In this document: positions 1 through 8,400 of the stretch, one piece after another
How positions within the stretch are numbered: position 1 is the first letter of the stretch
Layout of the letters: each line of letters begins with the position of its first letter
From: a virus
Taxonomy: Duplodnaviria; Heunggongvirae; Uroviricota; Caudoviricetes
Direction: 5' to 3' (one strand)
DNA length: 53,174 nt
Virus record (IMG/VR): IMGVR_UViG_3300034022_000267
Coordinates: 64,001-117,174 of that record
The notes under the pieces: model-generated
What the model was told of the DNA's origin: nothing
What the model saw: the letters and a program-made list of their open reading frames with translations, nothing else
The model's database searches: none
Translations under genes and position numbers: made by a program

Positions 1-236
1 CCTTTAAGGCTAATATTAAAAAATATTCCTTCACAATTTATTCCATTTATGTTAATACTTGATGCTACTAAATATGTCAAAACGAACTGTCTACAAGGAT
101 TTTCTGTAGTGGTAGTTGTAGTGGTAGGACAACCTCCTATACACATTTGACTATTTAATCTATCAAGCTGTTTTGATATTTGCCATAAGAGATTAGCCTT
201 TTCACTCCAGCCTATTTGTTTTGGTGGTATTGCCAT
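1..236 (-). CDS. Partial (3'-truncated by window edge) QIGWS-module protein with poly-Thr linker, paralog 3
   Basis: Not in the ORF track. Manual translation from ATG at 236: MAIPPKQIGWSEKANLLWQISKQLDRLNSQMCIGGCPTTTTTTTENPCRQFVLTYLVASSININGINCEGIFFNISLK, open to position 1. The N-terminus matches the next two ORFs. Confidence 0.85.
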   Translation of the reverse strand, partial: MAIPPKQIGWSEKANLLWQISKQLDRLNSQMCIGGCPTTTTTTTENPCRQFVLTYLVASSININGINCEGIFFNISLK

Positions 237-246
237 TATTTTTTAT

Positions 247-987
247 TTAATCTATTAAACAACGCACTGAGAAACCAAGTTTCTTATTACTACTAAAACT
301 GAATGCAGTACCAGTGTTAGATGCTAGGTATTGATACCTAGCATTTGGAGTATCGTACTCTGACGAAGTCCACCAGTAACCAATGTAGCCAATGTTGGAG
401 AACGGCCCAATGTTGTAGCGATAACCTCCTGGTAATGCTGTAAAACCACTAATGTTAGTAGCATCTGTATTTGGAGCATTCCAATTAGTTGTTCCAACTT
501 CTTTTAGTTTTCCTCCAGCAACAGTAAGTCCTCCTAAAAATGTTGTTAACGTGGTCCATTCAGTATCAGTAGGTACATGTTGACCAAGTGGAGCTAAACC
601 CCTTGGGTCGTTCACAGCATACCAATTGTATATTTTTCCATAAATTGGTCCATTTGCTGGGTCATTGTTATAATAACACCAAGCCCCTGTAGTTAAAGCT
701 TTCCAAGCTGTAGCGCCTTGCACTTCAGGAATAGGATCTCCATTAGCATATGTAACAACTTCTAAATTTCTTAAAATCCAAGTTTGATCTCCTATTAAAA
801 TAGAAGGTATTGCTTCTGTAGTTGTGGTAGTTGTAGTTATTGGAGCAATAGTAGTAGATGTGGTAGTGGTAGATGTAGGGCAATCACCTGTACACATAAT
901 AGAATCCATTCTATCTAATTGCTTAGATATTTCCCATAAGAGATTTTCTTCTTGTGACCACCCAATTTGTCGATTACCTATTGCCAT
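247..987 (-). CDS. QIGWS-module protein with Thr-rich linker and C-terminal FISUMP (Fibrobacter succinogenes major paralogous, Fib_succ_major) domain
   Basis: Likely start is MAIGNRQIGWS at 987, not 1068, which would overlap the upstream gene. The C-terminus has FISUMP hallmarks: IGDQTW..NL, GAWCYYNND, YGKIYNWYAV, GGKLKE, SGFTALPGGYR, GYWWTSS, GFSVRC. Confidence 0.85.
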   Translation of the reverse strand: MAIGNRQIGWSQEENLLWEISKQLDRMDSIMCTGDCPTSTTTTSTTIAPITTTTTTTEAIPSILIGDQTWILRNLEVVTYANGDPIPEVQGATAWKALTTGAWCYYNNDPANGPIYGKIYNWYAVNDPRGLAPLGQHVPTDTEWTTLTTFLGGLTVAGGKLKEVGTTNWNAPNTDATNISGFTALPGGYRYNIGPFSNIGYIGYWWTSSEYDTPNARYQYLASNTGTAFSFSSNKKLGFSVRCLID

Positions 988-1003
988 TGTTCTTTTATGT
1001 TTA

Positions 1004-1618
1004 TTAGTTATATACTCTGATTTCAATAGGTGTGTCAGATAATAAACTATCTCCATTAAAGTCACCACCTTGTGTTTTAATATAAAGAACGTCAGGGCCT
1101 TGATTATTTACACTAATATAAACAGGCTCTATAATACCATTATTATCTATCACTGAATCTGCTATTCCCCAAGTTTTATAACTATGTAATAACCCATTAC
1201 TATTCATAATATAAGTTCCAACACCCTCATACGCAAACCAAATATTACCAATAGTGTTTTCTAATACTGTTACTACTGGAGCTCCTTCATCGTATTCTAA
1301 ACTTTTTGTTCCCCAACTATTTGGTGTTGTTCCTGTTGCAACAAATGATGTATTTGCATCATTATTAGGAGCACCTACATTTGTAAAATCACCCCCAGTA
1401 CCACCACTTTTAATTAAATAAGTAACACCTACTGTTAAATCACCAGATGTTATAGCAATAGGACTGTTTACACCACTCTGTGTTAATAAAGCTGTATACA
1501 CTTTATATTTAGGCTTAAGCCCAAACATAATTGATGTTAATCTATTAAGTTGTTTTAATATTTGCCAAAGTAAGTTAGATTCTTGAGACCAACCAATTTG
1601 TCTAGAAATTATTCCCAT
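1004..1618 (-). CDS. QIGWS-module protein, putative virion fibre/decoration protein
   Basis: ORF starts MGIISRQIGWSQESNLLWQILKQL. The rest is beta-rich and includes a GxTYxIxxGG..DFTNVGA..N..FVATG segment of a type I recall from phage fibre proteins. Confidence 0.7.
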   Translation of the reverse strand: MGIISRQIGWSQESNLLWQILKQLNRLTSIMFGLKPKYKVYTALLTQSGVNSPIAITSGDLTVGVTYLIKSGGTGGDFTNVGAPNNDANTSFVATGTTPNSWGTKSLEYDEGAPVVTVLENTIGNIWFAYEGVGTYIMNSNGLLHSYKTWGIADSVIDNNGIIEPVYISVNNQGPDVLYIKTQGGDFNGDSLLSDTPIEIRVYN

Positions 1619-1642
1619 TATCTTTAAATTTTATTTATTATA

Positions 1643-1673
1643 CAAAAATATATTATTATTAACAAAAAAACAA
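1643..1673 (-). promoter_or_regulatory. Putative Bacteroidota primary-sigma promoter (-33 TTG / -7 TAnnTTTG)
   Basis: Minus strand has TTG (1671-1673), a 20-nt spacer, then TATTTTTG (1643-1650), just upstream of the ATG at 1618. Confidence 0.55.
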
Positions 1674-1729
1674 TATTCTTTATTAAATTATTATAACAGA
1701 ATTAGTTAGAAAATTTATAACTAAAATTA

Positions 1730-1984
1730 TTACACGATTAATAAAAAAATATTTACTACTAATCCAGCTATCACTGCTCTTACAACATCCAAGTAGTCAA
1801 TCTTGTTATCTTTATTATACATATGCCAACCCCATTCCCAACACGTGCCTATAACACCAATTACAAATGATGTTAAGAATATTTGTATAGGAATTGGTAT
1901 TCCTGAGTAAGTTAATGATAATACCCATCCTAATCCAGCACCTATTAATATGTGCAATCCATTTCTAATCTGTTCTTTTTTCAT
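1730..1984 (-). CDS. Small membrane protein (2-3 TM helices), function unknown
   Basis: 84 aa with hydrophobic stretches (LHILIGAGLGWVLSL, IFLTSFVIGVIGTCW, VVRAVIAGLVVNIFLLIV). Confidence 0.7.
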   Translation of the reverse strand: MKKEQIRNGLHILIGAGLGWVLSLTYSGIPIPIQIFLTSFVIGVIGTCWEWGWHMYNKDNKIDYLDVVRAVIAGLVVNIFLLIV

Positions 1985-2367
1985 AATGTTAAATTGTTTT
2001 TTCTATATGTAAAATTAGTTACACCTAAGTCAATTATTGTTTGGTTACATTCTGCTCTTAACCTTGCTCTTTCATCTATTGCATATTGTGGTATTGGAAT
2101 ACCATCTAAATTTAATTTCTCAATATGCTTCTTTAGAAGTTCTGAAATCTGATTAGTGTAGTCTATGTCAATTTCTAATGCAATATTAATTTTATAATTA
2201 TTTATTTCTTCTTGTGTAGCAGTTTCATAAAATACTTGGTCTATAGGATTGTATCTGGGATTTGTATAATTACCTACGTATAAAAGTTCAGTACTATTTA
2301 TTGGTGGAACATCTGTGTTTGCAGTCCAAAATCTTCCTTCACTATCGTATATAGTATATATTTTCAT
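1981..2367 (-). CDS. Putative tail fibre assembly chaperone-like protein
   Basis: 128 aa, translationally coupled to the fibre gene upstream. It has a beta N-terminus (YTNPRY..FYETATQEEI) followed by a helical hairpin (DERARLRAEC), the usual layout of fibre chaperones. Confidence 0.45.
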   Translation of the reverse strand: MKIYTIYDSEGRFWTANTDVPPINSTELLYVGNYTNPRYNPIDQVFYETATQEEINNYKINIALEIDIDYTNQISELLKKHIEKLNLDGIPIPQYAIDERARLRAECNQTIIDLGVTNFTYRKNNLTL

Positions 2368-3380
2368 TATTTATAATATGTTAACGATATTGTTTTTTGT
2401 TGTAAACTACCAGTTGCTGATGTTGTTATTGTTGATATTAAATAATATACATTAGACAATGTAAGACTTATTGATAAATCAGCAGTTATTGTACTATATA
2501 TTATACTATCTGTAATTGCTGTTGTTGTTCCAGGATAACCAGTTAGAATACCACCACTGTCTATACTAAATTCTCTTGAAAATAATCCTGGAGATACATT
2601 TAAACCTCCATTATATACACCTATCTGTGTTGCATTAGCTGGACTTATATCATTACTGACAGAAGAAATATAGAATTTAATATTTCCTGTATTACCAGCA
2701 ACAGGTCTTCTAAATCTTGAATTAAATTTTAATATAGAGTTTATTTTTATAGAATTAGCTGGTATAGTATTATTACTCATTATCTGTTCAGTTGTTGTTC
2801 CAATAACACTTGTGTATGTAGTTAGATTTGTAAAAATAGATATTAAGTCTTGTTTTAAATCAACTGTAGTCTTAACTAAGTTATTAGTTGGATATTTAGT
2901 TATTGAATTATCTAATAATGTATTCTCTTTGTTTGCTACGTTTTCTGGTGTAAAACCTAATGCAGTGGTTACATCTAAAGATGTTATACTTGTTAAATAT
3001 ATATTTGTGTCAAGAGCAAAGGTACCAGCTGCAGTCATCTTTACAAATGGTGTGCCAGTGGTCCAAGTTGGATAATTTAATGCTCCCCAAGTACCAACTG
3101 TTGGTATTGTTGGAAATGTAGCTAAACTACCATCACCTCTTATATATTGACTTATTGTACCAGTTGGTATAGCAAAGTATATACTGTTATATGTAGTTAA
3201 ACCATTAGCCCATATAACAGATGGATTAGGATAGGTTCCTGATAAATCACCACCAGCAGGTCCTGAAGGGGCTCCTCCACCTCCTGTAGCAACTTCTTTC
3301 ACCTTACCGAACTTATCTATTACGACAACTTTGGCAGAGTTAGCTGAGATGTTTCCATTTTTATTTATAAACTCATACAT
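2367..3380 (-). CDS. Tail fibre / receptor-binding protein
   Basis: Contains fibre-shaft motifs AGGDLSGTYPNP, SQYIRGDGSLATFP and DVTTALGFTPENVANKE..KYPT, followed by a beta-rich C-terminal tip. Confidence 0.65.
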   Translation of the reverse strand: MYEFINKNGNISANSAKVVVIDKFGKVKEVATGGGGAPSGPAGGDLSGTYPNPSVIWANGLTTYNSIYFAIPTGTISQYIRGDGSLATFPTIPTVGTWGALNYPTWTTGTPFVKMTAAGTFALDTNIYLTSITSLDVTTALGFTPENVANKENTLLDNSITKYPTNNLVKTTVDLKQDLISIFTNLTTYTSVIGTTTEQIMSNNTIPANSIKINSILKFNSRFRRPVAGNTGNIKFYISSVSNDISPANATQIGVYNGGLNVSPGLFSREFSIDSGGILTGYPGTTTAITDSIIYSTITADLSISLTLSNVYYLISTITTSATGSLQQKTISLTYYK

Positions 3381-3682
3381 TAGATCTCTTCTATTGCATT
3401 AACATAATATGTTGTGTCAACTACATCTGATATAAATTGAATATAATCACCTTGATAAAGAGTGTAAGTTTCTGTATCTCTTATAGAATCTCCTGCATCT
3501 AAAGATAGTTCATATATAGGAACTATATGAATGCCAGGTCCCACCATAAATCTATTAAAATTAAATAAGTAGTTTGAATCAAGATTATTAATAATAATGG
3601 TTGTAATAGTCAATGATGTAGTTGTACAAGTGATTCTTGTACTTCCATCTAAAGCTATTTTTCCTTGATACACTATATTCAT
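3380..3682 (-). CDS. Hypothetical beta-rich protein (possible fibre-associated)
   Basis: 100-aa ORF with overlapping start/stop coupling on both sides. Confidence 0.65.
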   Translation of the reverse strand: MNIVYQGKIALDGSTRITCTTTSLTITTIIINNLDSNYLFNFNRFMVGPGIHIVPIYELSLDAGDSIRDTETYTLYQGDYIQFISDVVDTTYYVNAIEEI

Positions 3683-3891
3683 TTTGTTGCGTTAGTTTGT
3701 TTTTTTAAAAATACGTAATCATCTTTATATTCATTGGGAATTACAACTAACTGTTTCACCTTCCAAACTCCATTAGAAAATTCTGAATTAGTAGGTTTTA
3801 CAGATTGAGAAACATTTACAATAGAATTTGAATATTCTCTCATTTCTATGAAATTTGTAGGTCCTCCAAAATTAACATGTGATATTCTCAT
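3679..3891 (-). CDS. Hypothetical protein
   Basis: 70-aa ORF that fills the gap exactly, with ATGA-type overlaps at both ends. Confidence 0.6.
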   Translation of the reverse strand: MRISHVNFGGPTNFIEMREYSNSIVNVSQSVKPTNSEFSNGVWKVKQLVVIPNEYKDDYVFLKKQTNATK

Positions 3892-4391
3892 ATCATTGGA
3901 AATTTAAACATGCCTTTCATATATCTATATCCTAAATATACAAGTAGTAAAAGTAATAGCCACAACCACCATAAGTCTAAAATAAATTTGCTCCAGCTGA
4001 ATTGTTCTTTATAAACTATCTTTGTGTTCTCAACCTTTTGAACTTCTATCTCATTACTGATTGAATCAACCACAATCTTAGCCACTATTTTTTCATTTAC
4101 GACTATTGTGTTATTTTTTATTTTCTTCTTGCTTAAACGAGCATTTTTGTATTTTGTAACCTTACCCTCATTGTTAACTATTTCAATTGGCTTAGTAGTA
4201 TCAACAGCTTCAATTACTATTTCTTCTGTTTCAACATCAAACTTTATAGATGTACTATCTTTAGAAATACTATCTGTTTTTACAACAGCAACAGTTTTTG
4301 CAATACTATCTGTTTTTGTTTCTTGTTTGTTTACATTTCGTGCACTACAAGATAAAAGTAAAAGCGATAAGAATATAAATATTGTTTTCAT
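3888..4391 (-). CDS. Putative unimolecular spanin (lipoprotein with C-terminal TM helix)
   Basis: N-terminal signal with lipobox LLLLS-C15, a beta-rich middle, and a C-terminal TM segment LWWLWLLLLLLVYLGY followed by basic residues. It lies directly after the endolysin. Confidence 0.65.
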   Translation of the reverse strand: MKTIFIFLSLLLLSCSARNVNKQETKTDSIAKTVAVVKTDSISKDSTSIKFDVETEEIVIEAVDTTKPIEIVNNEGKVTKYKNARLSKKKIKNNTIVVNEKIVAKIVVDSISNEIEVQKVENTKIVYKEQFSWSKFILDLWWLWLLLLLLVYLGYRYMKGMFKFPMI

Positions 4392-4858
4392 TTGAAATAA
4401 ATTTTAACTTCTTCAGTTCTTCTTTTTATAAGTCCATTGTTGCGAACTCCATTTGCATTAACCCATTTCATAAACTCTTTAGCTATAGCTGGATCATTTG
4501 GGTTTGAATTAACCTTCTTTAGCAAGTTGCTATCTCCTAATCCTTCTGGTATATTATCTGCATCAATATCACTTCCTAAGTTAAAAGCAAAAGACACAAG
4601 AGCATTGAATTGATTTTGATTGACATTAGATGTAACTAACATGTCAACATCTTTAGCAAACATATTAGCTGTAGTCGTTAACATCCAAAGAGCAGTTTCT
4701 TTAGTAATTGCTTTATCCTTCATAGTAACTTTTTTACCACTAGGATAGAAGGTTGATCCATATCCAATTGTTGGAACACCAGCACTGCAGAGGTATGGAC
4801 TTAGTCTTAATCCCTCAAACTTAGCAATAATCAAATAACCCTCTTCGTTTAGTTTCAT
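4388..4858 (-). CDS. Endolysin, phage lysozyme GH24 family
   Basis: FEGLRLSPYLCSAGVPTIGYGST (E-x8-C/D-x5-T catalytic region), NQNQFNALVSFAFNLG, and GLIKRR at the C-terminus. Confidence 0.92.
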   Translation of the reverse strand: MKLNEEGYLIIAKFEGLRLSPYLCSAGVPTIGYGSTFYPSGKKVTMKDKAITKETALWMLTTTANMFAKDVDMLVTSNVNQNQFNALVSFAFNLGSDIDADNIPEGLGDSNLLKKVNSNPNDPAIAKEFMKWVNANGVRNNGLIKRRTEEVKIYFK

Positions 4859-5340
4859 TATTTTGCTGCTTTTTTATGTTTATCAAAGTCTTCTTTGAGT
4901 TTTTCATAAAGTCCTTTTAAGCTATTATACTTTTCTAAAAGTTCTCTATGCAATTTTTCCCAGTTTTGAGATTGCTCCACTTCCTTTGCATAAGCAATTT
5001 GAATAGTGTTAAACTGTCCTTGCATAATAGTAGTCTGTGCACGTAGTTCATCTATCTGAGATCTGAAGTATTCTTTTTCTAATTTAAATTCAGCAATTAT
5101 ATCATTTTTATCATTTTTTAAATTTTCATTTTCTTGTGCTAATTTAGCATTTAAACTATCATATAGCTCCCTCACCTTAGCAGCATAATCTATTTCAGCT
5201 GATTCAATCTCTACTTCTCCTTTTTTTAAATCTTGATTTTTTTGTTGTCTACCCCCTAAAATCCATCCAACAATTCCACTTATACTTCCACCACCTAATA
5301 GTGTAAACCAATTATTATTTAGCCATTCAAACATGTTCAT
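4858..5340 (-). CDS. Holin-like membrane protein with long coiled coil
   Basis: One N-terminal hydrophobic helix (WFTLLGGGSISGIVGWILGG) followed by about 120 aa of heptad-rich helix. It immediately precedes the lysozyme. Confidence 0.5.
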   Translation of the reverse strand: MNMFEWLNNNWFTLLGGGSISGIVGWILGGRQQKNQDLKKGEVEIESAEIDYAAKVRELYDSLNAKLAQENENLKNDKNDIIAEFKLEKEYFRSQIDELRAQTTIMQGQFNTIQIAYAKEVEQSQNWEKLHRELLEKYNSLKGLYEKLKEDFDKHKKAAK

Positions 5341-5381
5341 TTATTTAAAATATTGTTACTTTTACTTTTATATAGAATGAA

Positions 5382-5412
5382 CAAATTTATTAATAATAAA
5401 GTTAAAAACATA
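5382..5412 (-). promoter_or_regulatory. Possible host-type promoter for the lysis cassette
   Basis: TAAATTTG (-7 consensus TAnnTTTG) at 5382-5389, 42 nt before the ATG at 5340. The -33 element is poor (TATG). Confidence 0.4.
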
Positions 5413-5490
5413 ATGGATAAAAAAAGTAATATTTATAATATAGCATAAGCTAAAACTATTTTTCATTTAGATGATGATGTCTATGTTCAT

Positions 5491-8400
5491 CTACCTTATA
5501 CCATAATTAGATTGAACTTTTATGCCAAGATCTTTAGCAAGTGCTGGGTAGAACATAGGAAGATATCCTGCCATTTGATTTGATAAAGGAAACGTTTTCA
5601 TTAAATATTTAATAACATATGTTTTCTCTGCAGTTTCATCATCTCCTGTAAGTAACGCCCAATTTTCTTTCTTAAAATTATTTATCAATTTAGCAAAATT
5701 AGTTATCAATGCAGCTGATGGAAAGAATCCTTGAGATATAAGATCTAATCCACTAGTAGGATCATAGAAGTACATAAGTTCTCCTTTGAATTTATCTGTA
5801 GCTTTTAATATAAACTTATATTGATTTTTAACAATTGGATCTTCATCATCATCTGGTTCGTTAGCTTTTAATGCAGCAATTGCTGAGAATACTATTGCTA
5901 AAAATACAACATCTACTAATTGAGATTTAATGTTTTGTCTAGCAAGATCTATAAATTCAGCTTCTGTCATTTCAAGTGTTTTACCTGTCTCAGCTTCATA
6001 TTCATTTCTTTTCTTTTCCCACATTTCTCTCATATACTCCACTCCTTTTTCATTACCTGTTAATGAATTATATAAGTTACCTAATGGTGCAAAAGGTTTT
6101 GTAAGACTGAAATCATCTGTTAGCACCTTCATAACCATTCTAGTTCTTCCCCATTCATATGCATCAGAAGCAGAATTGAATTTTAAACCACCCATACGTA
6201 CATCTACAAGTCTAGGAATCCAGTTCTTAAACACCATAAATGATTTTCCAACTACACTCATGTTAATCATTCTAAGATCATCCTCAGATAGATTACCTAA
6301 TGCATCTTTAGATACTTGTTGCACCTTTCTTCTAAGTTCTATTACAGAATTAGACTTTTGATCTACACCAGGAATTACAAACTTATTATCAATAACCTCT
6401 CCAAGTTTTAACACTCCTTTTTCTTCAATGAGTCTTTTTACTTCTGCATCAAATTTTTCTTCATAAGCTTTTCTATCTTCTACAGATCCTTTATACTTAT
6501 CTTGATATTCAGGAAGAGTTCTTAAATAATCTCTAACGTTAATCACTTCACCATCTTGAACTATTGAATTATTAAGAAATGCATAGAAGTTAGATGTTTG
6601 TACATTTAAATCTGTTTGTCTCATTAATATCATTAAGAAATCTTGAATGCTTTCTTGTGTCAATGTGTTAAGAGAAAGTTGTTTAGCTATTTCTCTATTG
6701 TAATTATCAGTTAATGGTAAAAAATATTCTAATGCACCAATCATTTTCTTTTGATCTGTACCACCAAATTTGTTTGAAAAAATCATCATCTCTGCAGCTA
6801 GATAATCTTTCTTAGTAAAATATTTACCAGAGTTGATTAATGATTGAGCATTACCTCCAAAGAAGTTGGAAGAAGCAGAAAGAACATTAAGTCCTAATGT
6901 TGTAATTTGAAATGTATTATTCAATTGATTGATAAACTTATTCACACTTAATTGTCTAGTAGACATATCTTCTGGAAATACACTTACACCAAGTTTTTTA
7001 TTTAGTGTTTCTCCCCAAGATCCCATTTTGAATAGAAGTTGATCAAATGCTTGACTATCTACAAACTTCTGTCCATATATAATAGCTTTCATCATATCTT
7101 CTACAAGTTGAGCGTTCTCTCCTTTTGTATCAGTATATTTTAATACACCATCTTCGATTTTACTTTTACCAAATAAAGATGTAGCTATAGATTTTTTATT
7201 CTTTTCAACAGCAACAATAGCTTTTACTTGATCTTCTATTTCACTTAAGTATTTATATCTAAGCGCAGCTTCATTATAGAATGCCATAGTTCTAAATAAG
7301 TCAGTAGATGTTTCTTGTTCTAAAGGTCTAGTAAAATATTTAGGTATTTTGTTTACAGGTTTTCCTGTATTAGGATCTATTTCTCCATATCCTATATCAC
7401 CTTCATCTACAGATATATCTGTAAAGAATTGTTGACCAAGTTTAACTTGACCTCCAGTGATTAACTTTTCTACTAAATTCTTTCTTATAAATGGAAGGAA
7501 TGTTCTAGCAAATCTTTTATTAATATATCCAAGATCAGCATATTCATTATTCTTTCTGATGATATAATCATAGAATTCCTTAGCAGGTTCATTTTCTTTC
7601 TTTATAAGTTCTAACCATTCTTTAGATGTCCACTTATCTTTCTTTGGAAACTTTTTAGTTTCATTATATATAAACCATCCAGAAGATGTAGTGGTAGATG
7701 TATCATATAAGTTTTTAGCTTTATATATTTCCATCATCACTTCATTAGGAAGCTTACCAGTATTAGCTAATGCATCAGCTTCTTCCGATGTTAATAGTCT
7801 AGGTTTGTTTTTGATTCTTTCTATCTCTTCAGCAAGCTTCTCTTTTAAATGTTCATTGTATGCAGAAACATCTATATTTTCTCTTATCCATGAACTATCT
7901 CTATCATCTGATACACTCTCTAATTCTTTTTTAGTTTTAGCTTTTAGATCAGTGTAGAATTCTGGATTGTATTCATCTATAAGTTCATTAGAATCTTTCT
8001 TCTTAAGAATATTAAAATAATCTTTATATGATAATCCTTTTCCTTTAGCCCAATTTTCAAACTTAGTTTTTAATTCACCAAGTTTTTTACTTTCTGCTAA
8101 TGTATCCATAGAAGAATAAGCAAATGCTCTATTTGCTTTCTTATATAATAACTGAACAGCTTTACTTTGTAGTGTAGCTGTAGAAGCAAACATTTTTGTA
8201 AATCCTTTAATTATCTTTTCTGGAGCAAGAAAGTTATCTACTCCTTCTCTTTGAGCAATTATGTTTTCTGTAAATTTTTCTAATATGATCTCTAGATTGT
8301 ATTCTAATTTTCTTGCGTTATCAGATGTTCTTCTTAACTCTTCTTTAACTTTGTTATCTTCTTCACTATCTGATAGTAATCCTTCCAATTCTAAATAAAG

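Noticed and set aside
247-1068. Complete diversity-generating retroelement
   Set aside because: A plausible target domain is present, but no reverse transcriptase or template repeat is visible in the window.
5332-5340. Lambda-type dual-start (holin/antiholin) motif M-N-M
   Set aside because: The intervening residue is Asn, not a positively charged Lys/Arg, and the holin identity itself is uncertain.
5368-5466. 32-aa minus-strand ORF in the spacer before the lysis cassette
   Set aside because: It is a low-complexity AT-rich translation overlapping a likely promoter, with no supporting motif.
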